A program made the translations under genes and the position numbers. Below the pieces are notes generated by a model. It did not search any database. It had not been told where the DNA came from and worked only from the letters and a program-made list of their open reading frames with translations. A stretch of 46,907 bases of DNA from Klebsiella phage YX3973: sequence record MK327140.1. The stretch is one strand, 5' to 3'. Shown here in pieces: positions 1-10,069 of this stretch (its first letter is position 1; each line of letters starts with the position of its first letter).

Positions 1-346
1 TCCAGCAGGCATACCCACAAAAGGAGCATATTTCTACCTTGCCACGTGCGCATAGCCGCATTACCACAACGGAAAGAGCACTCCAGGACTTACCACACGT
101 ACTTTTGCGCATAGGTCGTCACCAGTGCGGGCGTGTCCCCTGAAGCTACCTGACAATGCTCTTACCTGTTGTGTGCCCATTATTAATCACACCGGGCCAG
201 TGCGCCGAATTCATTGACAAGGAGTCGGAAGACCTTGCTGGTGTTTAGCCGTTAGGCTACTGCCAGATACATTTCTTCGTTTGCATTTATCTTTGTGGTC
301 AGTTTCTAAAAACCCGCAAAGTCGCACCGAAAACTATCTGCCATTA

Positions 347-386
347 AATCTACACCACCAATCAAAACCTGTCAACATGATATAAT
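347..386. promoter_or_regulatory. Back-to-back promoters upstream of the major tail gene. + strand: extended -10 TGaTATAAT (378-386). - strand: TTGACA (375..370), 17-bp spacer, TAGATT (352..347). The TAGATT lies within a degenerate copy of the 12-mer AATCTACACCAC (347-358).
   Basis: Hexamers read directly; GGAGAGG RBS before ATG 421. Confidence 0.4.
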
Positions 387-420
387 GCGATTGTTTAGCT
401 AAACGGAGAGGATTCTAAAC

Positions 421-1176
421 ATGGCTATTTGTGCAAATGATAACGGCATCATCACGGGTCGCCAGTCGCTCATCGAGCTGGCTGATGGCTGCTGGGATGC
501 TGCGCCAGCAGAGGAAGACTGGAAGTTTTTTGCTCCCATGACCTCAAAAGGCGTCGACTTCAGCCCAAGCACCACCACCTCAGAGGCTGATGATGGCGAT
601 GGCTTTGTCGCGACGCTGGTCACTACCGCAGACCTCACCATTTCCGGTGATTTTGAAGTTCGTAAGGCTGACAAGGCTGATGAGTATGGCGTGCACAACC
701 TCATCAAATACTTTGTCACCGAAGTAAAAGCGCGTCGCCAGCCATCACTGTGGGTGCGTCAAACCACCGGTAATACCGTTGTCGTGGCTTACTGCAACAT
801 TACCGCACTGAGCTACGATGGCGGCACCAACGACATTATCACCGGCTCAGTTGAGTTCAAGCCGTATGATGGCTCTACCGTTGATGTGTCCAGCATCGAA
901 GATTTAACGCTGACTACTGATATCAGCAAAACCCAAAACGTTGCTCATGGCACCGCTCTGACGCTCGGTCCGGTAGTTGCGGCTGGCGGTGTCGAGCCTT
1001 ATACCTACCAATGGTATAAAGGCACTACGCCGATCAGCAGTGCTAATACCGACGCGTTCACCAATACCAATGCCGTCGCAAGTGATGCTGGTACGTACTT
1101 CTGCCGCGTGATGGACTCGGCAACCAGCCATGATTACGTTGACTCAACCAAGTGTGTTGTTACCGTTACGGGATAA
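421..1176 (+). CDS. Major tail (tube) protein with C-terminal Ig-like domain (lambda gpV-like architecture)
   Basis: 251-aa ORF directly upstream of chaperone/tape-measure genes; C-terminal ~90 aa has the Ig-like signature (YxYQWYK..G.Y.C.V) as in gpV/Hoc-type Ig domains; strong RBS. Confidence 0.6.
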   Translation: MAICANDNGIITGRQSLIELADGCWDAAPAEEDWKFFAPMTSKGVDFSPSTTTSEADDGDGFVATLVTTADLTISGDFEVRKADKADEYGVHNLIKYFVTEVKARRQPSLWVRQTTGNTVVVAYCNITALSYDGGTNDIITGSVEFKPYDGSTVDVSSIEDLTLTTDISKTQNVAHGTALTLGPVVAAGGVEPYTYQWYKGTTPISSANTDAFTNTNAVASDAGTYFCRVMDSATSHDYVDSTKCVVTVTG

Positions 1177-1180
1177 AGAA

Positions 1181-1207
1181 AACCCCCGAAAGGGGGTTTA
1201 TTCTGTT
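1181..1207. terminator. Bidirectional rho-independent terminator: stem CCCCC/GGGGG with GAAA loop, T-tracts on both strands
   Basis: aacccccgaaagggggtttattctgttc immediately after the tail gene stop; convergent - strand gene ends at 1198. Confidence 0.6.
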
Positions 1208-1398
1208 CTGACATATCTAAAAAACAACTTATCTTGAGATATCATCTTTAATTTGCCATCTCGCTCCATTCTTCTTGCTATCCTCCGCATGTTACTATGC
1301 GAAGATTTAAATTTATGGACATAAATCCAGCCGTAATATTCAATCATTTCGTTCACATGGCTTTCTTTTTTTATTTTATGAATCGCTCTCATTATCAC
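1198..1398 (-). CDS. Hypothetical small protein (64-66 aa), last gene of the leftward moron cassette
   Basis: ORF track; GTG/ATG start with GAGGAAGG RBS; 4-nt overlap with the upstream small paralogue gene. Confidence 0.4.
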   Translation of the reverse strand: MIMRAIHKIKKESHVNEMIEYYGWIYVHKFKSSHSNMRRIARRMERDGKLKMISQDKLFFRYVRTE

Positions 1399-1547
1399 GC
1401 CTTCCTCGTCTTATTTTTAATCGCCCACAAAATCAGATTAGCCATAAACTCAGATCGCTTTAAGTGAATGGCAATCGCGCAATTAATGTCAATGCGCTGT
1501 CCGGCATAGGCGGATATGACATCAGCATCTGTTTGGTCAACCACCAT
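1395..1547 (-). CDS. Small 50-aa protein, paralogue A (MVVDQTDADVISAYAGQRIDINCAIAIHLKRSEFMANLILWAIKNKTRKA)
   Basis: Below the ORF-track size cut-off; ~70% identical at DNA and protein level to the ORF at 1883..2035; stop overlaps the next start. Confidence 0.4.
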   Translation of the reverse strand: MVVDQTDADVISAYAGQRIDINCAIAIHLKRSEFMANLILWAIKNKTRKA

Positions 1548-1565
1548 TGGTTTTCTCCCGCAACA

Positions 1566-1886
1566 TCATACACACTCATCAAGCTGACGGCGCAACATGC
1601 ATAGCGCGCCATGCGGCATAAACTGATTAGCCATGCCATCGAATATCTGGCGGTTTAATTTATTATCAATTCGCGGCCTGATTGCTGACCAGCACGCGCG
1701 TATTGATTTGTTAACCTGGCGAGACTCCATCATGGCAAACTTAGTTGCTAGTTCAATTGTTACCAAGGCGTCAAGGTATTGCTCGCATGCATAGCGGTTC
1801 TCATCGTCCGCTGACTCCCTCAAGCCTGTAAATTCACCATCAGAATGATCGCCATCATCTTCACCTACATATTCAATATCCATCAA
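1566..1886 (-). CDS. Hypothetical acidic protein (105 aa from ATG at 1883)
   Basis: ORF track; AGGAGA RBS 5 nt upstream; TGATG stop/start overlap with paralogue B. Confidence 0.45.
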   Translation of the reverse strand: MMDIEYVGEDDGDHSDGEFTGLRESADDENRYACEQYLDALVTIELATKFAMMESRQVNKSIRACWSAIRPRIDNKLNRQIFDGMANQFMPHGALCMLRRQLDECV

Positions 1887-2035
1887 GCTCTCCTGGTTTT
1901 ATTCTTTATACCACACAAAATCAGATTGGCGATAAACTCAGCGCGTCGCAGGTGAATTGCTATCGCGTAGTTTATATCGATGCGTTGGCCTGCATATGCA
2001 GATATCACATCTTCGTCGTCTTTATTGACTGGCAT
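1883..2035 (-). CDS. Small 50-aa protein, paralogue B (MPVNKDDEDVISAYAGQRIDINYAIAIHLRRAEFIANLILCGIKNKTRRA)
   Basis: Tandem duplicate of the ORF at 1395..1547; translationally coupled to the downstream gene. Confidence 0.4.
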   Translation of the reverse strand: MPVNKDDEDVISAYAGQRIDINYAIAIHLRRAEFIANLILCGIKNKTRRA

Positions 2036-2037
2036 TT

Positions 2038-2166
2038 TTAATCCTCAACCACTACGCCAATCTTAGCCAGTAACAAAATCGCCTTTACGCGGGCCTCATC
2101 ATAGGTAAACCCGCAATCAACGTACAGGTCGATGTAAAATCTCAAATCAGCATCTGTTTCGCTCAT
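2038..2166 (-). CDS. Small 42-aa protein (MSETDADLRFYIDLYVDCGFTYDEARVKAILLLAKIGVVVED), first gene of the leftward cassette
   Basis: AAGGAG RBS 8 nt upstream of ATG 2166; stop 5 nt before the next ATG. Confidence 0.35.
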   Translation of the reverse strand: MSETDADLRFYIDLYVDCGFTYDEARVKAILLLAKIGVVVED

Positions 2167-2195
2167 CTTATGCGCTCCTTATGGCTTACAGAATC

Positions 2196-2234
2196 AATCT
2201 ACGTCAGCTTTGCACGCCCTGTCAATGGTATAAT
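2196..2234. promoter_or_regulatory. Divergent promoter region. 12-mer AATCTACGTCAG (2196-2207); - strand TTGACA (2225..2220), 18-bp spacer, TAGATT (2201..2196); + strand extended -10 TGgTATAAT (2226-2234). Paralogous to the region at 347-386.
   Basis: Shared CCTGTCAAnnTGnTATAAT block with the region at 347-386. Confidence 0.4.
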
Positions 2235-2262
2235 TACGTCATTATGAAAACAGGATTTAGAC

Positions 2263-2970
2263 ATGAGACAACGCACACCGCTAACAGAAATCGGAGAAAT
2301 GCGCATCTCCCTGGATGACAAGTCTTTTTTCTTCAAACCATCATTTGCGGCGATGAATGAGCTTGGCTCACCAAAAGAGATTGTCGAGCTGTATGCTACG
2401 CTTAATGGCTATGAATACGCGGCTGTACTTGGCGCCATTCAGTCATTGCCATACGGCGCACAGATTCAGGTGGCAAAAATCCTGTCGCGTCCCGCCTATG
2501 GCAAGAAAGTGCTCAGCGCCGCCTGCCTCATCATGCAGTCCTGTTGCGATGATGATATCTCGGTTCTCATTGGGTCATGGAAGCCGACTCTGCGCGGTGT
2601 GAAGTACGTCACCGGAAGAATGCCAGTAAATGACATTATTATTATTGCTCGCAACCTGATGGAACATGGCATCATCGGAAAGTCTCCGCTCAAGGTTCCT
2701 CAGCGCTCGGAAAACCAAAAGCGCACAACCAGTGAGTTGAGAATGTCGGATTACATCATCTCAGCTCGCACCCATTTCGGAATCACCCGCGAGGAAGCCG
2801 AAGACCTGACCATGACCGAGTATCAGCAGATGATAAAATCAAAATACCCGGAACCGGAAGGCATGACGCGCGAGCAGTATGATGCGTCCTATGAGCGGGC
2901 TAAGCTGAATAAACAGAAACTGAAAGAGAAAGCCGCCAGAAAGGCCGCTAAAAGCAAAGGAGCAAAATAA
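2263..2970 (+). CDS. Putative tail assembly chaperone (call rests on position between major tail and tape-measure genes)
   Basis: 235-aa ORF whose stop overlaps the tape-measure ATG (ATGA); no frameshift product identified. Confidence 0.35.
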   Translation: MRQRTPLTEIGEMRISLDDKSFFFKPSFAAMNELGSPKEIVELYATLNGYEYAAVLGAIQSLPYGAQIQVAKILSRPAYGKKVLSAACLIMQSCCDDDISVLIGSWKPTLRGVKYVTGRMPVNDIIIIARNLMEHGIIGKSPLKVPQRSENQKRTTSELRMSDYIISARTHFGITREEAEDLTMTEYQQMIKSKYPEPEGMTREQYDASYERAKLNKQKLKEKAARKAAKSKGAK

Positions 2971-5900
2971 TGGCAGAAACAGTTGGCGGCATTATCTATG
3001 AGGTTGGCATTGACACATCCCAGCTAGTGGCTGGCAGTCGTGAATTGCAGTCAATGCTAAATGGACTTAGCGGGAACATGGGGCGACTTGAGGCCAGTGT
3101 AAACAGGACAGAGCGCTCTATTGGATCGATGGAACGAACAATGTCCAGCCTTTCTGGCGTTGCCAAGGGATTGTTCGCGGCGCTTTCTGTGCAACAGGTT
3201 GCGAGTTACGCCGATGCCTGGACTGAACTAAATAACAAGGTAGCTAACTCGGTTCGTACTGGAGAGACGCAGACCGAAGTTATGCAGCGGATCTTTGATG
3301 TTTCACAAGCAACCCAGTCATCCCTTAACGGCACGGCGACTCTTTACGCCAGACTTGAGCGAGGAACCAGGGCGTACAACACCAGCGCGGAAGATTTAGT
3401 CCGCCTGACCACTATTATCAACCAGGGGTTTGCAGTATCCGGTGCAACAGCTCAGGAAGCTGAGAACGCAATCATTCAGCTATCACAGGGTATCGCTTCC
3501 GGCGTTCTGCGCGGCGAGGAGTTTAACTCAGTGTCAGAGCAAGGCAGCCGCCTCATGGTAGCTCTGGCTGATTCGATGGGTGTTTCTATCGGTCAGTTGA
3601 GGGCTATGGCCGCTCAGGGGCAGCTAACAACAGACGTTGTAGTTAAGGGGCTTCTGTCACAAGGGGATGCAATCGGCAAAGAATTTGCCAACACCACCGT
3701 CTCAATCGCCAAGGGATTGCAGGTAGCCGGTAACAACGTAACGAAGTTCTTTGGCGAAAACTCGACGGTTAAATCATTTGCAGCAGGGTTCCGAGACTCT
3801 GTCATCACAATAAGTGAGAACCTTGAGACGCTGAGCGGCGCCCTTATCATTGTAGCTGGCATAATGGGAAGTCGGTATGTTGGCGCGCTGGCTATGGCTA
3901 CTGCTGCGAAAATATCAGATATAGCAGCGTCAAGACAACAATTAATGGCCGAGAACCAGCAGGCACAATCAGCGCTTGTGGCTGCAAATTCCGCGCGGAG
4001 GAAGGCGCTGGCTGATAAAGAGGCGGCGCTATCATCTCTGGCGCTTGCTCAGGCTGAATATAACGTAGCAAAAGGCAGCGCAGCCGAGATGCTGGCGCTT
4101 GATGCTCTGGTTGCGGCAAAATCAAGAGCGAGCGCCGCGTCACTATCCCTTGCTCAGGCTGAAAACGCACAGGCTGCCGCATCAGCGAGAGCAGCATCAG
4201 CGGCAAGGGCCGCATCGGTAGGGATTGGACTTGCCAGAGGTGCACTTTCATTGATAGGCGGCCCAGCTGGCGCGGCAATGTTAGCGGCGGGGGCAATATT
4301 TTACTTCTGGCAGAAAGCACAGCAAGCCAGAGAAGAAGCAATCCGCTTTGCCGATAGCCTGGATAAAGTTAACGCCTCAATGAAGGCGATGAACAATACC
4401 CAACTCAGGGGGGTAATTGCCGACGCTAATAAGTCTATTCAGGCACAAGAGGAATATGTAAGGGATCTTGAAGACAGCATTGATAAACTTAAAGGTGAGA
4501 TTGATGACTATACCGCAAGAGGAAAGCTGTTCGGAACAACAATAGAGCAAGGAAACGGGTTACTAAAAATCGCATCAGATAAAACTGATGAACTGAATCA
4601 AAAATCGCGCGACCTTGCGAACGCCAAGGAAAAACTAGCAAGAACTCAGGAAGCCGCATCTGAAGCACGCAGAACCCTTACAAACAACATGCTCACGTCT
4701 ATGGGTGTGCATGACAGCCTGATTGAGAAGGGATCAACGCTTGAAAGGGTGCAGGGCGCTGTAGCAAGAGCATTTGGCCTGACTGCCGATGAGATAAACC
4801 GAGCAAATCAGGCAGGCCAAAACTTCAACCCAAAATCCTTGCAAGTGTCGCCCCCAACAGAAGAAGCTGACAAGATAATCCTCAATCTTGAGGAGCAAAA
4901 CCAACTTTTAAAAATACAGGATGAAAGACAAAGGGCAGTAACAAAGGCGAGAATGGAGGCAGCTAAGGTAACTGATAACCCCAATCAGATAGCCAGAGCT
5001 GCTGAGCTTGCAGGTCAGATATATGATTTAACTGAGGCTGAGAAAGCAAGAGAAAAAGCGCAAAATGATTCTCAATCAGCGGCCCAAAAAGCCGCCACAG
5101 AGCAGGAGAATATCGCCAACAAACTTGAGCAACTGCGGCAAGAATCATTGCTAACAGCAGATAGCACAAGAGAGCTAAGTCGAGAGCAAGCAATACTACA
5201 GGCACAACAATCATTAGGAAAAGGCGCCACAGAGGAGCAAATAAGGCTCGCTGGAGAGTACAAGGCTAAGGCATGGGATAATGCCAACGCGATAAAGGCT
5301 CAGGCAGAGGCGGAGAAACAAAGGGTCGAAGCTGTAAAAGGATTCGCTGCATTAAAATCGCAGACATCACCAATGTTTGCCGTTGAAACAAACTATCAGA
5401 AGGATTTAGCAGCGCTTAATGCTTACGCAGTAGCTTACCCGCAAAAGATAGCGGAGGTTGAGCAGGCCAGAGCAGCAATTGAGGAGCAATACCGCCAGCA
5501 GCGCCTTGATGCCATGTGGCAGGAGTGGAGTCAGCAGAATGCGGCTACGCAGGCGGCTGCTGCTGCATTTGATGCTTTTGGACAAACTGCAAGTAATGCC
5601 TTAACTGGCATCCTGACTGGTTCAATGTCTGTTAGCGAGGCGCTACAGTCAATTGGCAGCACTGTGTTAAACGCCGTGATTAACTCATTCGTTCAGATGG
5701 GCGTGGAGTGGCTTAAATCAGTAATCATGGGACAGGCAGGAATGGCAGCAGCATCTGCCGCAACCGCCGCTCAGGCGGCAGGAATAGCAGCGGCTATGGC
5801 GCCAGCAGCAGCGATGACCTCGCTTGCTACATCTGGAGCTAACGCAATCCCAGCTCAGGCTGGTATTGCTTCTACGGTTGGTGTGGCTAAAGCAATGTCT

Positions 5901-6251
5901 GTTGCCGGGGCATTAAAGAATGGTGGCCCTGCGCAGGCTGGATCAATGTACAGAGTTGGCGAGAACAACCTACCTGAAATCTTCCAGGCCAGCAATGGCA
6001 ATCAGTACATGATACCTGGCGACAACGGAAAGGTTATCAGCAACAAAGACCTTAGCGGCGGTGGCAGTGGTATCATTATTTATAATAATGTCACCAATAA
6101 CAGCAGCGGAGCAACAGCCTCATCAACAGCAAGAGATAATGGTGACGGCTCTGTTACAATTGAGACGATTGTGGCAGATATTAGCGAGGGAGGCCCGATA
6201 GCACAAGCGATCTCCAACCACACCACTGCAACCAGAAGGGCAACAGAATAA
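2970..6251 (+). CDS. Tail tape measure protein
   Basis: 1093 aa, Ala/Gln-rich coiled-coil centre, hydrophobic glycine-rich C-terminal third, C-terminus resembling lambda gpH; position after the chaperone. Confidence 0.85.
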   Translation: MAETVGGIIYEVGIDTSQLVAGSRELQSMLNGLSGNMGRLEASVNRTERSIGSMERTMSSLSGVAKGLFAALSVQQVASYADAWTELNNKVANSVRTGETQTEVMQRIFDVSQATQSSLNGTATLYARLERGTRAYNTSAEDLVRLTTIINQGFAVSGATAQEAENAIIQLSQGIASGVLRGEEFNSVSEQGSRLMVALADSMGVSIGQLRAMAAQGQLTTDVVVKGLLSQGDAIGKEFANTTVSIAKGLQVAGNNVTKFFGENSTVKSFAAGFRDSVITISENLETLSGALIIVAGIMGSRYVGALAMATAAKISDIAASRQQLMAENQQAQSALVAANSARRKALADKEAALSSLALAQAEYNVAKGSAAEMLALDALVAAKSRASAASLSLAQAENAQAAASARAASAARAASVGIGLARGALSLIGGPAGAAMLAAGAIFYFWQKAQQAREEAIRFADSLDKVNASMKAMNNTQLRGVIADANKSIQAQEEYVRDLEDSIDKLKGEIDDYTARGKLFGTTIEQGNGLLKIASDKTDELNQKSRDLANAKEKLARTQEAASEARRTLTNNMLTSMGVHDSLIEKGSTLERVQGAVARAFGLTADEINRANQAGQNFNPKSLQVSPPTEEADKIILNLEEQNQLLKIQDERQRAVTKARMEAAKVTDNPNQIARAAELAGQIYDLTEAEKAREKAQNDSQSAAQKAATEQENIANKLEQLRQESLLTADSTRELSREQAILQAQQSLGKGATEEQIRLAGEYKAKAWDNANAIKAQAEAEKQRVEAVKGFAALKSQTSPMFAVETNYQKDLAALNAYAVAYPQKIAEVEQARAAIEEQYRQQRLDAMWQEWSQQNAATQAAAAAFDAFGQTASNALTGILTGSMSVSEALQSIGSTVLNAVINSFVQMGVEWLKSVIMGQAGMAAASAATAAQAAGIAAAMAPAAAMTSLATSGANAIPAQAGIASTVGVAKAMSVAGALKNGGPAQAGSMYRVGENNLPEIFQASNGNQYMIPGDNGKVISNKDLSGGGSGIIIYNNVTNNSSGATASSTARDNGDGSVTIETIVADISEGGPIAQAISNHTTATRRATE

Positions 6252-6721
6252 TGGCTATAGCTTACCCATCATGGCTTCCGCTGGCGCAGCGGGCCAGCAA
6301 GAACATGACGACTCAAACCCCATTCCGCAGCGATCAGCCTGCGGTTGGGGCGCCAATATTTCAAAAGTTAACTACCGATGTTGCAGTAACATGGAGTTTG
6401 ACGTGGGTTTTTACTCTGGAGCAAGACCGGGCTTTCATGCAGTGGTTAAGGAGTCCCAAGTATCTCAATAAATGCAACGAATGGTTTACAATGGATGTTG
6501 ATCTTGGGGGTAGTGGAAGACAAAACCAGACATTGCATTTTACTGACTATCCCGTTCAAACCAGCATCAATGGTGGCGTCGTAACATGGACAGGAAACGT
6601 GATAGCAAAAACGCTAAATAATAGTGATGATGGCTCTGATGATATTATCGTTGAATATCCACCAAGCCAAAGATTGTGGCTCGATGAAATTGTTAACAGA
6701 GACTGGCCGGAGTATCCATAA
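6251..6721 (+). CDS. Minor tail protein (gpM position)
   Basis: 156 aa; ATGA overlap with the tape-measure stop; first gene of an M-L-K-I/J-like block. Confidence 0.5.
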   Translation: MAIAYPSWLPLAQRASKNMTTQTPFRSDQPAVGAPIFQKLTTDVAVTWSLTWVFTLEQDRAFMQWLRSPKYLNKCNEWFTMDVDLGGSGRQNQTLHFTDYPVQTSINGGVVTWTGNVIAKTLNNSDDGSDDIIVEYPPSQRLWLDEIVNRDWPEYP

Positions 6722-7191
6722 TGCCAACATTACGTGAATACCAGTCGAAAAGGCCAAACTGGAAACTGTATGACACCATAACCTTTTATCATTCTTCATT
6801 TGGTTACGTCCGGTTAGTTGGCAATGAGTTTTCTGATATTGTACTTGGCGGTCAGTCTTACCAGCCAGTGCGCATGGATGTAACCAGAAGCCAGCAATCG
6901 AACACACCGGTAATCAATGCCACGTTGAAGTTTGCGCGACTGGCTAATGACTTTAAGCAATATTTAAAGTTATGGTCAGGTTCTGGACGCATTGAGCCTA
7001 TCACTGCGTTATACCAGCGTTTTGACGAGACCGACAAAGACACACCATTAAAACCATATACGCTTTATGTGAACGATGTGACGCTTGATCAGTCTGATGT
7101 AACTGTCTCCATCTCCATAAAGAACCCAATCAATGGCAACGTGGCAAAACTTTATGACATCACAGAATTCCCAGGACTGCGTACCGTTTGA
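6721..7191 (+). CDS. Minor tail protein L-like
   Basis: [12 protein letters not shown]... matches the gpL pattern G..YQP.PI; position. Confidence 0.55.
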   Translation: MPTLREYQSKRPNWKLYDTITFYHSSFGYVRLVGNEFSDIVLGGQSYQPVRMDVTRSQQSNTPVINATLKFARLANDFKQYLKLWSGSGRIEPITALYQRFDETDKDTPLKPYTLYVNDVTLDQSDVTVSISIKNPINGNVAKLYDITEFPGLRTV

Positions 7192-7612
7192 CGATTTTGA
7201 AAAAATGATGACTGGTAAGCCATACGTCGACAGATGTTGTCACGTTGATGCAGTGGACTGCTGGGGTTTGGTGGTGCTGTTCTATCGCCTTTGCCATGGG
7301 ATTAATGTTCACCATGATGATTCATATTCAACAGGTGGCGACTTTGTCACCTGCTTTGATAATGAGGTTGAGTTCTGGCGAGAAACCACGATACCAAAAG
7401 TCGGTGATGTGGTGGTCGCCTATCGCGGGAGTCATCCGGTACATGTCGCGCTGTGGTGGGGTCGTGATAAAATACTGCATGCGCGAGAGAAAACGGCAGT
7501 CAAGACAGACCGCCTTAAAACACTCGAAAAATTATCAACAAAATTAAGGTTCCTGACTTATGCCGGTTATTCACATTCAGAAGATGCCAGGTGTTCCAAA
7601 AGAGACGGGTAA
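7133..7612 (+). CDS. Tail assembly protein K-like, NlpC/P60 (CHAP-like) domain; true start may be ATG 7205
   Basis: Cys (DCWGLV) and His (HVALWW..ILHA) catalytic motifs typical of NlpC/P60 and gpK. Confidence 0.6.
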   Translation: MATWQNFMTSQNSQDCVPFDDFEKMMTGKPYVDRCCHVDAVDCWGLVVLFYRLCHGINVHHDDSYSTGGDFVTCFDNEVEFWRETTIPKVGDVVVAYRGSHPVHVALWWGRDKILHAREKTAVKTDRLKTLEKLSTKLRFLTYAGYSHSEDARCSKRDG

Positions 7613-10040
7613 TGTTCCTGCTGGCACTAATCTGTGGCGATGGCTGGAGAATTCCGGCCTTCCATCTGATATCAGGATTGCGCTGAATGGCCGCATTTTT
7701 GGCCCTGATGATGAATTGTCGATATCGTTAAAGCAAAACGATATTGTTAACATTTACTGTCAGCCTCGCGGCGCCATTGGCGACCTTATCAGTACGATAC
7801 TAAAACCTGTAACTAAGGTGCTTTCTTTCCTGCTGCCTAAAGCATCAACGCCATCAACCAGCACTGGTACAACCGTTGAATCACCCAATAACAGCCTGAA
7901 ATCGCAGACCAATATCGCGCGAAACGGAGAGGCAAGGCCTGACAACTTCGGGCAGGTAAGGTCATTCCCTGATCTGATTCAGGAGTCATTATTCGAATAC
8001 ATTGACGACCTGAAGTATGTCACTGAGTTCATGAACTTTGGCCTTGGTAAATACACCATTTCTTCGGTTCGCTATGCGGAAACTAATCTTGGCTCCCTGC
8101 CGGGGGCAAGTCACGTCATCTACAATCCAGGCGATGTTATCGAACAAATCATTGAGCCTTACCAGTTCGACGGACTTGATGGTCAGGAGGTTCCAGGGCT
8201 TAATGAATCGGAAGACACCCCGATAGAGACAGCAACCACGACATCTGTTACCAGCGGAAATTACGCTGGCGGTCAGCTGTTGATGGTCATACCAAAAAAC
8301 ACCGATTTCGATTACTTTATGGGGCTGTCTCTTCCTCATTCAGTAACATTAACAATAAATATAACTTACAGCACAACGTCAGGTACTGTAACCAAAAACA
8401 TTGAGCTTAGCGGCAACATCATTTCCGCCGATGAAACTGAGACAGGAACTGCGCCTGATATTCAGTATTTTTATAATTTCACCTTCAATAACCTGACTGG
8501 CGCAAATCTTGGAAACCTGAGCGGCGCAACCATCAATAATACTTATTTCCAGATTGTGGATAATGAGGCGCTTGTTGTTGGCCCATATGTTGGAGCCGTG
8601 GAGTCTACGCAGGTTTGGGTGCACGTTCAGTCTGAGCTTGGCCCTACCAGTGGCACGGCAGATTACCTGATCAAAATATGGGCGGTTGATGATAATGGCG
8701 ATGCAATTCCAGGAACCAAGGAGCAGCTCGCAGACAGTATTGACAACCCATTTACTCAGACAACAAAAACCTATTATCGCACGTATAAGTTTGCTCCCGC
8801 TTATGGGGTGGCGAAGTACGCCATCAGCATTGAAAGGACAAATAACTCAAACTCTGGCAACCGCGTAACGTTGCAGGCAGCGCACGCCATCAACATCCGC
8901 GAGAATGTGGTTTATCCTGATGACACCCTTGTTAAAGTGACGGTAAAGGCCACGCTTCAGCCCACATCAGTCACTGAGCGCAAATATAATGCGCTGATTA
9001 CCCGCTGGACTATTGGATATAACAGAACAACGGGGGCAGTCGACTATGCGTTAAGACCATCGAGAAGTTTTGCAGATTCAGTGCTGCATAACTGGATTAT
9101 TACTGCTGGTCAACCTGAAAGCACTATTGACGTGGTAAGACTCTATGAAATAGCTGACGCACTGCCTGATGAGCGTCTTGGGTATTTTGATTACACATTT
9201 GACGATGAGGATAAATCGATCGGTGAACGAATTCAGACCATATGTGATGCAGCGCGTGTAACCGTGTTTTGGGATGATGGCGTCTTGTCTTTCTCAAGGG
9301 ATGAGCAAAAATCAACTCCTGAAACCGTGTTCAATACCAGAAATACGCAGGCCGATGGCTATAAAATGTCTTATGATATGACTTTGCCAGGGTCATATGA
9401 TGGCGTAAGTGTTCAATACCGCGACCCAAACACCAACAAACAGGCTTACGTTTATTATAAAGTTGGAACATCTGGTATCGAACCGGGAGAGCCGACTAAG
9501 CCGAAAAAATTCGACATGCTATATGTTCGAAACCTATATCAGGCAACAGACCGGGCCATGCTTGAGTGCAACCGTCTCATGTACTCACGCCGTGGAATGG
9601 AGATAAAAGCGCTTGCTGATGGTGAGTGGGTAAACGTTGGCGATATGATTTCCGTTGTTGACATTTATGATTCTGTACAGCAAACAGGCGTTATCCGTTC
9701 AAGGTCTGGAAACGTATTTACCACCAGTGAACAGCTCACGGCGGGAAGTGGCCTGTTTGTAGTTATAACTGGCGCCAATGGAAATGTGTCAGATCGATTG
9801 GCTTGTACCGTTACTGGATTGAATACATTCGAGTGCGCATTACCATCTGACTTCGGGTTAAACATTTTTGACGGTGTTAACGTTCAGTCAGAATCAAGAT
9901 ATGCCATCTCAACAGAGGTTGAGCTTGACTCAACTTTATGGACAGTCAGCCAGAAAACTCCAGGTACAGATGGCACAGTGTCTCTTACAGTAACTGAGTA
10001 CAATGACGCCATGTACGCCTACACCAACCCTGTTGCATGA
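7560..10040 (+). CDS. Tail tip / host-specificity protein (gpI-like ubiquitin-like N-terminus fused to a J-like body)
   Basis: 826 aa immediately after the K-like gene; synteny with lambda I/J. Confidence 0.55.
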   Translation: MPVIHIQKMPGVPKETGNVPAGTNLWRWLENSGLPSDIRIALNGRIFGPDDELSISLKQNDIVNIYCQPRGAIGDLISTILKPVTKVLSFLLPKASTPSTSTGTTVESPNNSLKSQTNIARNGEARPDNFGQVRSFPDLIQESLFEYIDDLKYVTEFMNFGLGKYTISSVRYAETNLGSLPGASHVIYNPGDVIEQIIEPYQFDGLDGQEVPGLNESEDTPIETATTTSVTSGNYAGGQLLMVIPKNTDFDYFMGLSLPHSVTLTINITYSTTSGTVTKNIELSGNIISADETETGTAPDIQYFYNFTFNNLTGANLGNLSGATINNTYFQIVDNEALVVGPYVGAVESTQVWVHVQSELGPTSGTADYLIKIWAVDDNGDAIPGTKEQLADSIDNPFTQTTKTYYRTYKFAPAYGVAKYAISIERTNNSNSGNRVTLQAAHAINIRENVVYPDDTLVKVTVKATLQPTSVTERKYNALITRWTIGYNRTTGAVDYALRPSRSFADSVLHNWIITAGQPESTIDVVRLYEIADALPDERLGYFDYTFDDEDKSIGERIQTICDAARVTVFWDDGVLSFSRDEQKSTPETVFNTRNTQADGYKMSYDMTLPGSYDGVSVQYRDPNTNKQAYVYYKVGTSGIEPGEPTKPKKFDMLYVRNLYQATDRAMLECNRLMYSRRGMEIKALADGEWVNVGDMISVVDIYDSVQQTGVIRSRSGNVFTTSEQLTAGSGLFVVITGANGNVSDRLACTVTGLNTFECALPSDFGLNIFDGVNVQSESRYAISTEVELDSTLWTVSQKTPGTDGTVSLTVTEYNDAMYAYTNPVA

Positions 10041-10069
10041 TACAATAGGGCAATCAATGATTACGGAGA

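Noticed and set aside
1-346. tRNA/ncRNA or small gene at the window start, downstream of the leftward promoter at 347-375
   Set aside because: No convincing cloverleaf or ORF with RBS found; only a 39-codon ORF without signals. Left open.
399-719. 106-aa - strand ORF antisense to the major tail gene
   Set aside because: Entirely inside a well-supported + strand gene, no RBS, Ser/Ala-rich low-complexity translation.
3614-5287. Several 70-150-aa - strand ORFs inside the tape-measure gene
   Set aside because: Artefacts of the GC/Ala-rich repetitive tape-measure sequence; proline/leucine-rich nonsense translations.
7245-7547. 100-aa + strand ORF overlapping the NlpC/P60 gene in another frame
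   Set aside because: Alternative-frame artefact; the NlpC/P60 frame carries the catalytic motifs.
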